Source: Macrostomum lignano (lineage: Eukaryota). Taken from it: 64,000 nucleotides of DNA. How positions within the stretch are numbered: position 1 is the first letter of the stretch; each line of letters starts with the position of its first letter. Shown here piece by piece: positions 34,944-48,960 of this stretch. Location of the stretch: positions 62,001 through 126,000 of the forward strand of contig NIVC01000617.1 in NCBI GenBank assembly GCA_002269645.1, read 5' to 3'. Under the pieces are notes generated by a model, which had not been told where the DNA came from, searched no databases, and worked only from the letters and a program-made list of their open reading frames with translations. Both the position numbers and the translations under genes were made by a program.

Positions 34944-37580
34944 ATGCGGCAACGCCACTTGACGCTGACGCTGCAAAATCTGACGGTGTTCGTCAAAGAT
35001 TGCGACACTCCCGTACTAAATAGCGTCAGCTTTCGCAGTGAGAGCGGCCGACTCACAGCTGTGATGGGTCCGAGTGGCAGCGGCAAGACCACTTTGCTGC
35101 ACTCGCTGTGCGGCCGGCTGCCGTTAGACAGCGGCTGTCTGAAACTTGGCCGACAGGCCGTGTCGCGCAAGACGCAGAAAGGATTCGGCTACGTCACCCA
35201 GGAAGACGTGTTCTTTCCACAGTTGACACTGCGCCAGATGCTGCAGTTTACGGCCGAAGTTCGACTCGGCTCGGAGGTTGGACCGGCAGAAAAAATGCGA
35301 CGAATCGGTCGAGTAGTTGAAGCATTGGAGCTGGAGAAGTAAATTGCTTTGATGAATTGAGGGCTGCGGCATTTGTAAACGCCACTCGCTATATTTCACT
35401 TTGCGGGCACCCTGTCGGTTGGTAGATACTATGGGCCCGTTCTATAAAGCCATCGTAAGATAAGATCGTTCTTAGCTCCTATCTCCGTAGTGTAAAAGTT
35501 CCGACGTACGATCGAACTTAACTTACGCTACGACAGCTTTATAGTACGACCCCTATGTCTCTTGGTAGTCACTTGTGTCTTAGTACGTCCTGTGTCTTTG
35601 TAACTATTTTTATATTATGTCCTATCAAAGGGGTGACTAAAATAGAATGGAGTTCGTGACATTCAAGTTTGTTGGTCTCTTTCGTTTTGTTTTTTTGAAT
35701 TGGGTGCTTTTTGGTGGAGGACAGTTGGGGGCTGTCCTCCTGTCTGCTGCATACGCAAGTAGACTTGATGACTCACTTTAAGGCTGTGTAGGGTAAAGTT
35801 GCCTTGGATCGTTACATGTACATGTCTACGACACATAAATATATCATATAATAACTGTTTTATTTACTTTTTTGTACTGTTTTACATATCTGTCTAGCCA
35901 AAGTCGTATTGCAGAGAATTTTTTCGTAATAATTATTCAACAGGTGCATCGACACGCGAATCGGGGATTTCCTGGACAAGGGTCTCTCCGGAGGTGAAAA
36001 ACGCCGCGCCAGCATCGCCTGCGAGCTGCTGCACGATCCCCGTGTGCTGCTACTCGACGAACCGACATCTGGGCTAGATGCCAGTCTGGCGCACTCAATC
36101 GTACGCCTGCTGCACGACTGGGCCACTAGCAACAACCGCATTGTGATCACCAGCATTCACCAGCCATCGTCGCACATCTACCACGTATTTGACGATGTTT
36201 TGCTCCTGGTCGACGGCCACGTGTGCTATCGCGGCCAACGAAAGGACATGGCTAATTATTTCGACTGCATCGGGGTGCCGTTTCCCAAGGACTGGAACCC
36301 GGCTGACTATCTTATGGAGGCGGTGACATCTGGCAAGCGCGCGCTGATTCTGGAGAAGGGCCGAGAACTGTTTAACGACGCCTCGCTTCCACCACCGATG
36401 TCGCCCGTCGGAACTGCCGACCCCGGGTGCGGCTATGACGCGATTCCGATGCGCGAGACAGGCGACACCTTTGTCTTCAAGGCCGATCAGTGGCGCGACG
36501 GCCTCATGCAAGACACAGGCGCTGCCTCTAGCGCTACCGAGTCGCAGCCGCTGAAGTTTTTAGAGAGTGCCAGAGAGGAGCAGCGAAAAGCCAGCTGGTG
36601 GGCCCAGTTCAGAGCGTTGGTGGTGCGAAATTTTCAGGTAGTACTCGAATTCGGAGATATTTTACAGAAAATTTTGAAAAAATAAAGTCATAACTACATT
36701 CATTCTCCCAATTCAGGTTTCAAGCCTGAGATCATTCGCCGTGTTTCCGCTGGTGCAGTACACGGTGTTTACAGTGCTGGTGTCGGCACTGTGGTTTCAC
36801 ATCCAACGCCGCGAAGAAGATATAAAAGACATTCTTGGCCTGCTGTTTTATTTGACACTCAGCCAGAGCAACATCAACATCCTGGAACCGTTGAGTTCTT
36901 TTACGGAGGATCTGACCATAGTGCAGCATGAGCTGCTTGCAAACAAGTACAAGATCAGTGCGTACTATTTGGCTAAAACAGTCACGGAGGCTCCAACCCA
37001 GATCATCTTGCCTCTGATTTCGCTCAGTATTATCTTCTGGGCCGCCGATTTGGGCAGCGCTGGAACATATGTGGAGTTCACCAGCATGCTTCTGTTGAAT
37101 GTACTGGCCTGCCAGGGCATGGGCATGTTCTTCAGCCTGGTGTCCCGCAGGCCCAAGGCCAATCTTGCCGCCGCATTCACGCTGCTATTTTTAGCCTTCA
37201 CGGCTGGCGGCCTCTTCCTGACAAGATTCCCGCCAGCCCTCGGCTGGGTTCGCTGGCTCTCCTTCATTCGCTATGCATTCCAGTTCCACGTGTACGTTGT
37301 GTTCAACGGCATGCCAGAGCTGCAGTGCGCAGTTCCCAGCGCGTCGAGTTCTAGCAAGTACCCAACATGTATCGCTAGCAATGGCACCGGCGTTATATCT
37401 GGCCGCGAAGTTTTAGCCGCGATGCAGGACCCGCTGGCGCCGCCGTGGCTAAGCGTTGGCGTTATGTTCGGCCTGTTGATTGTGTTTCGGACTGCGGCGT
37501 TTCTGCTTCTGAAGCGGCGACATCGGCGGTCGGTTGGAGTTCGTTGCGTCCCCAAGTGTCTGAAGGGATGGAACGGCTGA
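34944..37580 (+). CDS. ABCG (white-like) half transporter
   Basis: Exons ~34944-35338, 35944-36637, 36717-37580 join in frame. Walker A GPSGSGKTT, YVTQED, LSGGE, LLLDEPTSGLD, SIHQP, then a multi-pass TM domain. The start is uncertain: acceptors just upstream allow an extra 5' exon. Confidence 0.95.
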
Positions 37581-38890
37581 AAGGAATGTCTGAAAACTTC
37601 GTCAATCGACGTTTACTTTCTAGGGAGTGTTTCACAAGATTTTTGAGCTTCGAGCTTAAGAAATTCACTATTCTATGATGTGAACTTTCATGCTTCTGAG
37701 AGCGACCTTACTTTCGAACTAGGCTTGTACTAGAATGGTTAAAATATAATATCAGTAGTTACGGCTATACGCTCATATTAGTAGGAAGTTAGTAACGTAG
37801 AATTCTAGTCGCAATATATATTAAAACACATGTAACTGAACAATAATGCGAATATGACAAAAAGCTACATGTATAAGGTTCAACATTGCTAAATAAGCTC
37901 CATCCTATTGCGAAATAAATAATAAACAAGACTTCTTCGTCGAATTTTTAAGAACCGTTCAATAGTTCTCCAATGGCTGGGGATCATTCAACCAATAATA
38001 AGCCAAGATCGTTTAATCCTGGTTTCAATTAAACCCCATTTCATATATTGCATTCAATATGGCACCATGAAGTAAGTAACTCAAATTCAGCAAAATGCTA
38101 TTGATCAGTCAGACTATTGATTTAAACTTGACTGATAAAAATTGATTCGCAACTAATGCGATAAAAAGGTTTTACTGGCAAAGTACTTGCCGACAATTGA
38201 AACATGTGAAATGCTTAGATCAACATTAAAACAAAGCTCAGAGGAACAGTGCTTCACAGAGCTGTTATATTTTCTTTGAACGAGTTTAAGGACACAATGA
38301 ACTACGAGCGTATTGTTGTTAGTTTATCGTTAAGCTAGAGTCGTTGCAGGTAACACAGGTAAAACAGGAAGGATAATGACTCTGAGCAACTCTAAAAACG
38401 ACGAGAGTTCGTCAAAAAAAGAGTCGTCAAAGATCGCCTAAGAGTCCATTCGAGGCCTTTTATTGTCTGCGACTCCGAAACGCCTTCGGGGTGATGCCAG
38501 TGACTCTGGGGCCCTAGAGCCGTATCTGAGGCGCTGTTAGAGTCACTGTTAGAACCACTGGGTTGCATCTAAAGCACACCTGTATCAAATTTGTGAATTA
38601 GAATCGAATTTCGCATTTATAACAACTCTATTTTAGTCTGATTGAGTTAGTAGAAAATTAAACGCTAACACGACTCTTTTACGGTTCTACAACTTGCGTG
38701 ATGCTGTCGTGACTCAAAAGTCACCTCTGCGTCGCATTACAGTCGTTTGAGTCGTTAAAAAGTCACAAGAATCGGCTTCAGAGTCGCTTGATTCACTAGT
38801 GAGATGTTTTCAATTACTCTAGCGATTCTTGTCACGTTAACGTTTTTAACGGGAATGGGCGCTGAACACTTATTACTCGTACTACAGGTC

Positions 38891-39522
38891 CTATACAAAT
38901 GTGTCCCGACAGATTCTGTCCAAATAACAGCCCAGCCTGTGCACAGGTAGCCCCATCACATTGTAATAATCGCCCTGTATCGATTCAACAAGACTGCAGC
39001 CGAGGCCCTGGATGCCGTAGCCGCCCGCTTTGTCCAGCGGCTCGCCTGTCGACACGTACCAATCGATGATCATGTCGTCGAGCTGACCAAACACTACCGA
39101 AGTAGATTCAACAAATTCGTCGAAAGCGAACGCGTCGGCGCTGCAACGGCGGTAGGCCACGCAGACGGCGGTTAATACCTGGCGGTTTCGGATTGGCAAG
39201 AGTGGAGTTCGGTATTAAAGCATACCACAGCAAACACAATCTGAGGCTCTAGAGTGCTTTGAGCATTATTTCACAAGCTTAAAACTATCGGAAACTCAAA
39301 AAATACCTTCACGTCAAAAGCGACTAAAAGGGTAACAGAAACAACAGCCAAAGCCGTGCAAGTTAAGCACAGTTGGCCATGGTTAGTAAGTACGCAATAG
39401 CTGAATTGGCTTGCATTGCCCTTTGCCCTTTGTGAATTTCTCCCATGAGAGAGAGGCTTGCATTGCCCTTTGCCCTTTGTGAATTTCTCCCATGAGAGAG
39501 AGAATTTCTCTCTCTCTCCCAT

Positions 39523-39587
<65 letters not shown>

Positions 39588-40054
39588 GCAAAATGAAGAT
39601 GAGCTCCACAGTAGTTCGCCCTACTCGTACTCGTAGTGGGATGACCGGTGAAAGGGGGATTTCAAGGTACAAACAAAAAGCAAAACACTACTCGCACCTG
39701 ATGTTCCTGGCCGCTTAACTCTTGCAGCATCTGCTTGGCAACATCTGGCTGCTCAGGCTTGCTAACAATCCTACGCCCGTTGTCAATGACAACAACAGTG
39801 TCGGCGCACAGGATTAGTTGGGCTTCCACAATGGCAGGATTGTCACTGTTAGCCAGGGCCCGGCATTTGCGCCTGGCAATTTGTAGGACAGCATCGCGAG
39901 GCAAAGCGCCAGGTTCCACAGATTCGTCAACTTGGGAACTGACCACGGCAAAGCCACTGAGCCCAGCGCGTTCAAGGAGCTCACGACGGCGTGGCGATTG
40001 AGAGCCAAGCACAATACGAAGCTTGCTTAGGACTGGCAGAGCACGGATTAGCAT
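38891..40054 (-). CDS. maf: Maf/YhdE-family nucleoside-triphosphate pyrophosphatase (ASMTL N-domain-like), 214 aa
   Basis: Exons 40054-39698 and 39178-38891, phase 0. Motifs LGSQSPRRRELL, CADTVV, SKP, LSGQEHQV, DKAGGYGIQ, NVMGLP. Confidence 0.95.
39500..39586. repeat. (GA)n microsatellite in the Maf intron
   Basis: Direct reading. A ~45-bp direct duplication (TTGCATTGCCCTTTGCCCTTTGTGAATTTCTCCCATGAGAGAGA) precedes it. Confidence 0.95.
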
Positions 40055-41536
40055 GCCTTCATGAAGCCAATTATTCATCAATTTAATGTGGTGTTCAATC
40101 AAAATAAATGTTATATAAATTACAAATTATTATTATCCACAATTAATAATTTCATTTTGTATTACCAAATGAATATGAGATATACTAGAAAAATCATACA
40201 AGGTATACAGTTTGGCTAAAAATTGAGGATTCCAACAACAAATTTTTTGCCTCTTTTAACTGAATATTCAAATGTATAATGTATATTCATATAATAAATG
40301 TCTTCAAGGCCAAGTAATACTATCTTAGATATAATTCTAGACTAAGGGAAATCAATCCTAGATATAAAAAATGCTAGAATCTCAGGATTTGACTCTAACC
40401 TCTAGTATAACAGGAATATCCTAGAATTTTTATCAAACTTTGGGACCTTGACAGATCTATATAATCTATCTAAGATTAGAATACTGGAATTTAGAACTCT
40501 TTGTCTTTATTCTTTACAAGTTCTGTTTAGTAAAAAAAATGTTCATAACCATTTTAAATCTAACATTAGCTATAAAGCATAGGCATGTTTGCAAGGGAAA
40601 ACAAAGCATTTATTTTTAAAACTTGAAAAACAGAGTTTGAAGCTGGAATGTTGAATAAAATATACCTTACCACATTAAAATGAGTGTAAAATATAAATAA
40701 ATTAATTAAACAACACGATTACTGGCTAAATTATATTTCCGTAGTTCAAATTATATTCATTTTATATGGTAAACACTACTTTTTAATGCTTTTTCCAATG
40801 CTAAAAGTGCTAAACATTTTAAAGATAAGATTGAGAGCCCACTTTGACGAAACAGAAAGGCTATGTTTAAATTAATTAAAATGCATATAATGCTTCAAAT
40901 TAGGTGTAAGAAATGTTAAAAATTAAAGGGCCCTACTATATTTTACATGAATAAATCAAGTTTAAGTATTAAGTAAGTTGAGTCTAACGAGTGTTCCATA
41001 AAAAGTAGCGAGACAAAAAAAGTTAAATATATTCAAGACGCTTTTAGGTATATAAACAAAAAAGCAAAAAAATGTGACGAGTGGATGCTCGCTCAGCAAA
41101 AGTGACTGTTTATTTAAAATCTAAAGTTAAATAATAACAGCCTAAAGTCCTTTGATGGTCAGGATATATTCAATCAGAAATATACATTCAAAGCACTTCG
41201 TTTGGACTTCTACTTTAAAATGAGGTCCCAATGTCAGAATAAGTATCGATATCTATAGATCCAAGATCATATAGTGAACGTGTACTTGCTGTTAGAAAAA
41301 AACTTCTATCGAAAAATATCTTCTATTGGTAAGTCTTTTCTTTTCTATGATCATGATACATTTACAATGCAAAGAAAATTACACTACTATGTAATGTACA
41401 TTTTATATATAGTTTTTACTATCAATGTACTCAAAGCTTGATTTCGTCGATGATAATGAATTACATATAGTTTGATCGTTACAGTATTATTCCCTGTATT
41501 TTACAAGTGCAGAGCCGTCTCCTTCACACAATTTCT

Positions 41537-42286
41537 ATGGCGATTGATCCGAAGCGAGGTCGACGGCAGCTGTGTCTAGTTCTAGTTTTCTTACTCGGCA
41601 GCATCTCACTGGCACTGCTGACGGTTGCCTACGCCACCGAAAACTGGGTGGAAGCCTCTCCAGTACGGAACGTCAGCTGGGAGGTCAGCAATACTCTGAA
41701 AAATGTCAGCAACAGCCGACTGACTGGCTCGATTCGACTGGGCCTGTTTCGCGGACTGAAAACCCTTGACAATGGCTTGGGGCCTCGGGTTACTATCATT
41801 GACGTGTACACCGAAGTGCTGCAACGGCAGGCGTCATCTGCCTCAACAATTCCTGCTCCAGTTTGGACTGCGCTTGTCATACTAGGCGTTTTCTCCGGCG
41901 CCTGGGCCGTCGTTTCGTGTGGCTTCGCCTTGTTGAATATCAGCCGTCGGCCGGTGCTCGGACTCAGCGGTCCTGGCGGCCTCTACGTCTGGAACGGCGC
42001 TCAGCTGCTCTGCCAGTTCGCCGCCGCAATTGTCTTCGGCGCCGCGTTCAGCACCAGCCTGAGTAGCAGTGTGCTCAGCAGGGAAGACACGGCCGAGCTG
42101 AAGTGGACCAGCAATGGACTGGCATGGCTCGGGTTCTCCTACTGGCTGCTGGTTGCCTGCTGCTTCTGCTCCACTGTCAATCTGCTGCTGCTGCTGCTGC
42201 TGGCGAACGCCAGGCTGGGGCCCTGCTGCCTGCCGGCCAGTGAAAGACGGGGCCGCGGTGAGGTGGACCTGTCTATTGTGTACTGA
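41537..42286 (+). CDS. CLRN: Clarin-family tetraspan protein, single coding exon
   Basis: Four TM segments; GSIRLGLFRG...GLGPR, GPGGLYVWN, LGFSYWLL and a C-terminal ..IVY. ATG at 41537. Confidence 0.88.
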   Translation: MAIDPKRGRRQLCLVLVFLLGSISLALLTVAYATENWVEASPVRNVSWEVSNTLKNVSNSRLTGSIRLGLFRGLKTLDNGLGPRVTIIDVYTEVLQRQASSASTIPAPVWTALVILGVFSGAWAVVSCGFALLNISRRPVLGLSGPGGLYVWNGAQLLCQFAAAIVFGAAFSTSLSSSVLSREDTAELKWTSNGLAWLGFSYWLLVACCFCSTVNLLLLLLLANARLGPCCLPASERRGRGEVDLSIVY

Positions 42287-42439
42287 ATCTTTATTGTAGC
42301 CACAGCGTGAAAGCTTGTGAAACTTTATTGTAAATATAAATGTTTTCTTGTTTTAACGCCCAGTTTTATAAAAAATGAATTTTTTATTCAAGTGCGGGCT
42401 GCATATTGATTTAGTCAACGCTCTGTCAATTGTACATGT

Positions 42440-43409
42440 ATCTCCGACACTTCATGTCTCCGACACTTCATATCTCCGACACTTCATATCTCCGACACTT
42501 CATATCTCCGACACTTCATATCTCCGACACTTCATATCTCCGACACTTCATATCTCCGACACTTCATATCTCCGACACTTCATATCTCCGACACTTCATA
42601 TCTCCGACACTTCATATCTCCGACACTTCATATCTCCGACACTTCATATCTCCGACACTTCATATCTCCGACACTTCATATCTCCGACACTCCATATCTC
42701 CGACACTTCATATCTCCGACACTTCATATCTCCGACACTCCATATTCTCCGACACTTCAATCTCCGACACTTCATGTCTCCGACACTTCATGTCTCCGAC
42801 ACTTCATGTCTCCGACACTTCATGTCTCCGACACTTCATATCTCCGACACTTCATATCTCCGACACTTCATGTCTCCGACACTCCATATTCTCCGACACT
42901 TCATGTCTCCGACACTTCATATCTCCGACACTTCATATCTCCGACACTCCATATTCTCCGACACTTCATGTCTCCGACACTTCATGTCTCCGACACTTCA
43001 TATCTCCGACACTTCATATCTCCGACACTTCATGTCTCCGACACTTCATGTCTCCGGCACTTCATATCTCCGACACTTCATATCTCCGACACTTCATGTC
43101 TCCGACACTTCATGTCTCCGACACTTCATGTCTCCGACACTTCATATCTCCGACACTTCATATCTCCGACACTCCATATTCTCCGACACTTCATGTCTCC
43201 GACACTTCATGTCTCCGACACTTCATATCTCCGACACTTCATATCTCCGACACTTCATGTCTCCGACACTTCATGTCTCCGACACTTCATGTCTCCGACA
43301 CTTCATATCTCCGACACTTCATGTCTCCGACACTTCATGTCTCCGACACTTCATGTCTCCGACACTTCATATCTCCGACACTTCATGTCTCCGACACTTC
43401 ATATCTCCG
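42440..43409. repeat. 16-bp minisatellite
   Basis: Unit TCTCCGACACTTCAT(A/G), about 60 copies. Confidence 0.97.
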
Positions 43410-44242
43410 AGCGGGATCGGAGCAGCTTTAGAAGAAAGAAGCGGCATTTTATTTTTCATTCGTTCCTGCAAATTCTTTCCAACAGTGCAAGCTGCCAATT
43501 CAAGCTGTAAATCCGCGGCGGGGCGTTGGTTACAATATTTGAGAAAAATTGCTTTCTTGGACTGTGCGATCAATGGAATGGAAAGAGAGAAAGAAGCACT
43601 GGAGCTAATCCAGCTGTGAGAAGCCATGCAGCATACATTTAGAAGTAGTAGGAACGGCTGTTCAAGTATAGCTACTGGGGCGTTTCTGTAGCGCTCAAAG
43701 TTCTAGGGGTTAGAGCGGTGAAATGCAGCATGTGTGCACGTAACATGTATTCAGACGGCTAAAGTATAGAGTGAGAAGCACACGTTTGTACTGTTTTTAT
43801 AACTACTTATTGTAGGCTGTGTTTAAAACAGTATATTATTATGTTACGATTACTACTGCATAAGTACTATAGAAAGGCGACCTCAATATATCTTTCGATT
43901 TAAAATTAAGATATAAGATATAAAGAAGACATTTAAAATGGTACGAGCCAATAGTTTAGAAAAATTCTGAATAATATTCTGTTTCTACTACTGATATTAG
44001 TAGGCTATCATCATTGCAACTTTGCGACCAATAGGCCACGTAAGCTACAAAAAAACTAGGAGTGAGACCATCAATTTGAATCTTCTGCAAAAAAGGAACC
44101 CTTCCTTTTGTTTGTTCTTGTTTGTTGTCTTGTCTTGCTTGTTGAAAAAAGGTTCTTGTTTGTTTTAGAGGTACTCGACCAAGCAGATAACAGTTTTCCC
44201 AGTCAAAGTAATCCTCAGAACGGACCAGACAGACATACAGAT

Positions 44243-44598
<356 letters not shown>

Positions 44599-44599
44599 C

Positions 44600-46508
44600 T
44601 CAGCACAGCCCCGGCACTAGCTGCACCACCACACGGCCCTGCTGGCTGCCGCGGTTGCCGCCGGTGACGCCGCTGCAGTCGAGGCCGTCGCAGGCGGAGC
44701 CGCCGCCACCTCCAGCGTGATTCAGACCGAGACCCGCGCCACCTCCGCTGAAGCCGCCGCCAGCACCGCCCGCGCCTTTTTTGCCGTTGCTGCCGCCGGT
44801 GCCGCCGCCTCCGCCGAAGCCGCCGACGCCGGTGTTTCCAGAGCCGGCGAGGCCGCCAGTCCAGCCTTCAGCGGGGCCAGCTCCGCCTTCTCCGTCACCG
44901 GGGCTGAGCCGCGCATTTTCCGGCCCGTCCAGCCAGCCGGCGCCGCAGCCTCCGTGGTGGCTGTTTCCTGGGGTCCTGCTGGGGTTGTTGAAGCCCGGGC
45001 CGCCATTGGCGCCGCCGAAGCCGCCGTTATTGAGGCCGATGACGGAGTTTGTGCCGTTGACGCCCGCCTGGCCGGGAGCGCCTTGATATGATATATAAGA
45101 AGGAGAATGGCCTTGAAACTTATTAACGTACGATGTGTTTTCCGTGCAAAGTTACTGAGCACAGCTCCAAAGCTTTCACTTGCCGCTTCTTGACAAAGAC
45201 GCCCCGCCGCCGCCTCCCGCGGCGACCAGAAGGCGACCGCCGACGCCGCCGACGAACACGAAGCTGCCGCCGCCGCCGCCTGCTCCGCAGTTGCGGTCGA
45301 CGGCCGGTCCGCCGGCCTGACCGACCACAATCGACAGCCGGACGCCGGCAGTCAGGTTGAAGCGGCCCGACATCGAGGCTCCGCTGCCGCCAGCTGTGCC
45401 TGCGAAGCTGTTGGAGCCGCCTGCAGCGCCCCGGGCCTCGATTCGGTAGCAGCCGGTCAGCTCGACTGTCAGCTGCTGGATGGAGCCGTTGCGGCCCGAG
45501 CTCGAGTCTGGGAGTCAGTGAGGGTCAGCGGCGTCAGCTGAGTTGCTGTGAGAATGAGCTGGCATGAGAATGAGCCGGCATGAGAATGAGCTGGTATGAG
45601 AATGAGCTGGCATGAGAATGAGCCGGCATGAGAATGAGCTGGCATGAGAATGAGCTGGTATGAAAATGAGCTGGCATGAGAATGAGCTGGCATGAGAATG
45701 AGCTGGTATGAGAAAGAGCTGGCATGAGAATGAGCTGGCATGAGAATGAGCTGGCATGAGAATGAGCTGGTATGAAAATGAGCTGGCATGAGAATGAGCC
45801 GGCATGAGAATGAGCTGGCATGAGAATGAGCTGGCATGAGAATGAGCTGGTATGAGAATGAGCTGGCATGAGAATGAGCTGGCGTGAGAATGAGCTGGCA
45901 TGAGAATAAGCTGGCATGAGAATGAGCTGGCCTGAGAATGAGCTGGCATGAGAATGAGCTGGCATGAGAATGAGAACTTGGGACTGGACTCACTTGAGAA
46001 CTCTTGCGTGATGTTGAGCCTCCTCGACTCGATGACGCTGTCGATGTCGACCGCTTTCCACACCTCGGCGCCGGCCTCGGATCCCAGCGACCCCCACGCG
46101 TGACTGCCCGGCGGTCCGGCAGTCCGCGAGGCGTCCTCGACGAAGAGCAGCTGGCAGACGCGGTTGGCCTGCAGCAGGCTGACTGCGGCACAGCGCCTCG
46201 ACCAGCAGCTGAGCAGGCAGTCTTGGATGGAGGCTGAGTTGGGCTCGCTGATGATGAGGCTGCTGACGGTCGGGTCGAGCAGGACTGGGCCGGAGGAGTT
46301 GATGAAGCGGCTGCAGCTGGCGAGCGGCTGCATGAGGGAGGCTGGGACTGGCGGGGCGGGTTTGGGATGAGCGGCTGCGTGAGGGAGGCTGGGACTGGCG
46401 GGGCGGGTTTGGGATGAGCGGCTGCGTGAGGGAGGCTGGGACTGGCGGGGCGGGTTTGTAAAACTCACCTGACAAGATAATAAAACCAATGATCGCAGAT
46501 TCCAGCAT
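44600..46508 (-). CDS. Secreted PAN/apple + ALK/LTK-type glycine-rich domain protein, paralog B (~397 aa)
   Basis: Proposed exons 46508-46469, 46341-45994, 45507-45184, 45081-44600, all phase 1, frame intact. The third intron needs a GC donor. PAN pattern SIQDCLLSCWSRRCAAVS...CQL; same GRD motifs and last two intron positions as paralog A. Exon 1 is less certain. Confidence 0.82.
45552..45975. repeat. 16-bp intronic minisatellite
   Basis: Unit TGAGAATGAGCTGGCA, about 26 copies, filling intron 2 of paralog B. Confidence 0.97.
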
Positions 46509-47279
46509 TGCTTCAGAATTAGTTAATCTTTTTCTGCCTACGAAATTGAAACTCTAAAATATGCTCTCTCGGGCTTGTTGTTTCCAAATCCTTCTCGTCA
46601 ACCAAAAGCATATGTATGAACTGAGAGTGATGGCTTTTTATGCACTTCGCTATTTCGGCTCGTAATGAGGTTGTGAAGAAAATTTGATGAGATGGATACA
46701 GCTGCAGACATTTTTTGATGGGAGAGATGAGTTCACACGCAGCTGCAGTGTCAAATGAGTGATATGACAAGCACCTGTCGATTTTGCATTGCCTCACTCT
46801 TGTGATTCTTTATCGTTTTTTGTCGTAAAATTGCAGTATTGAAGAAAGAAGCTAGGTATCGACCTTGTAAAGTTCAATGCAATTACAATTAGAACACCAA
46901 CCCCATCCTCCCGCTCCCACACCCAAATCCCAAACCTCCAGCAGTCCCCATCCTCAGAGTCCTATCCTAATTCTTATTGTCACATCACATCTTCCTATAG
47001 CTGCTTCTCCTCATCATAGATAAAGTTTTGCAAAATTTCAATACCAATAAATGAAAATAAAAAAGAACCTTATGTGGCTACTTGTGTCCTGCAAATAGCG
47101 ATGAAATTCACTCCAAGTCCAAGAGCTCTTATCAAGAGAAGGCGCTGTGTTGAAGAGGGCCGAATTGTGGGGCGCCGTCTTGGGGGGGGGGAGGGGGGGC
47201 ACTTTGTTGTGGATGTGCTCGCATTGGCATTTCAACCCGCCCTATGAAGTATGATCAGACCAGGCCCACGAGCTAAAAG

Positions 47280-48960
47280 GTCTGCGATAACTACACACCT
47301 GCACCCCCTCAATTCTGGTGCAGGAATGGCAAGAGAACTCTCTCCAAGCTGACTCACAAGCCGACTCAGGGGTTCACGTCCCACATGTGATCAAGGCAGC
47401 TCTAGGGCTGCTGGACGGCCTGGGCTGCGGCGGCGGCAGCCCATCCGTGGCCTTGGCAATTCTGTCTTGGCCGTATTGGGCACGTACAGGCTTTGCCTGG
47501 AAGTGCACCTGTGCGTATCAGGTACCTCTGGCCACGGCTCTGAGGAACAGGCATCACCCTCTGACCTAACAGGGTATGCGGTCAGACCGCAGGCTCCGGA
47601 GACCGCCTTCTTGGTCTTCCTCAAGGTAAGATCCCGAAGATTCCTGTTAGTTTTGAACTGGTTTTCATGACCCTCAAAACGCTGGAGCAGCCATATTCTT
47701 GCCTACCCTCCTAAAAGCTTGGCACAGACCTCCCCAGTGAAAAATGATTCATGGATTCCACGTGGGTTCCATGTGGCCATGTGGAATTTAAATGTTTCTT
47801 TTATTTTTGCTAATTAATGATTTAAAGATTACAGAATGTCAATGCAAAGTATTTTTATGCATTAATTTTTTACTTTTACTGTCCTTATACTGATATGTGT
47901 CATATGCCACCTCTCTGTATCATTAAATCATTCAATCCAATCATTCAATCGACACGGTTTGGTGTTTAACCGCTTAGGCACCCCCACAGATAGATGGGAC
48001 AGTCAGCACATTTGCGTATAAGCTACTTTCAGTTCAGTAGCGAGTTAAACAAAAGCATTTTAAAGCCAAGGCTCATTTATTGGCTTTTACCCGCCAGCCT
48101 CAACACTCCAACGGCGCCTTTCCACACCACCCCCCGCCCCGCCCCAATTTTTATTGCCCTTCTCGGAATTCCAGCCTAAAGCTGCCATGTACATTTCAAT
48201 GGACTGACCAATGTACATTATTGCTGAACCAATTAGCAAGTTGTTTACGCCTGCAAGCTTGTTGGGCTTCTGAAGTTATCAAAGTCATTTCAGCTGCCTT
48301 AAAGGCAGTGCCTTTTTTATAAAATAGCTTAAGTATTCTTTTTTGCTACTGAACTGAAAGTAGAAAGCTGTTTTACTACGCATATAAGCCTGAGTAGCCT
48401 ATCTAGTTATTTTAGTATCTTGTGGCCACCCCCAACAAGGTGCCCGTAAGGTGGATCCCCGAAACACTTGGGCCACCCAGGCTGGCGCTCGACTGGATCT
48501 TTTACTGCCCCACCCCCCGCCGTTGTCACCACTCGGATCAACCAGTGGGTGGCATCTAAGCACAGGGAGAGGTGGGCTAACGGCTGCCGACAATCCCCTG
48601 TTCCCTGTCCTTCCCTCACCCTCCGCAGGGCCCTGCTTGGGCTCAACCACAAGGACATCAGAGCGGAGACCATGGCCCTCTCGGGTCACGGCTGTTTTGT
48701 CAGGCATCGTCACTTCCAGGGATAAATTAACAATGAGGAATGCAGATTCTGCCTCTTTGGCGTTAAGAATGCGAAGCACTTCATCTGTGAATGCCCCGCC
48801 TTTACTCAGGATACTGGATAGCCTCACCTACCTCGGCCCCAACCCGGATCTTCCTAACAACGTTCTCAGGCCCTCTTGTGTCTCTTTTTCAGCAACCTTT
48901 TCTGTAATCGCCTCTCGCCTCGCTTGTCTGTCATCTCTCTCATGTCTCTCTTCTCTTCCA
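47280..48960 (+). mobile_element. Possible non-LTR retrotransposon ORF2 5' remnant (APE endonuclease and linker), split by an insertion
   Basis: Broken frames LVQEW...GGGSPSVALAIL (~47310-47470), then RLALDWIFY...HSDQPV and [20 protein letters not shown] (~48420-48710). An AT-rich block and a MITE (about 47650-48410) intervene. Confidence 0.4.
47992..48406. mobile_element. MITE, copy 2 (inverted relative to 12406-12812)
   Basis: Shared internal sequence and the inverted CTACTTTCAGTTCAGTAGC / GCTACTGAACTGAAAGTAG pair. Confidence 0.8.

Noticed and set aside
38380-38830. Region enriched in GAGTC/GACTC motifs (also similar palindromic patches at 7760-7950, 21190-21320, 30460-30600)
   Set aside because: Probably old MITEs, but no TIR/TSD pair could be fixed.
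42375-43619. Long ORFs and a CRISPR-like regular array
   Set aside because: Head-to-tail 16-bp units with no unique spacers and no cas genes; eukaryotic context.
43705-43730. GGTTAGAGCGGTGAAATGC resembling an SSU rRNA motif
   Set aside because: Under 20 nt with no flanking rRNA similarity.
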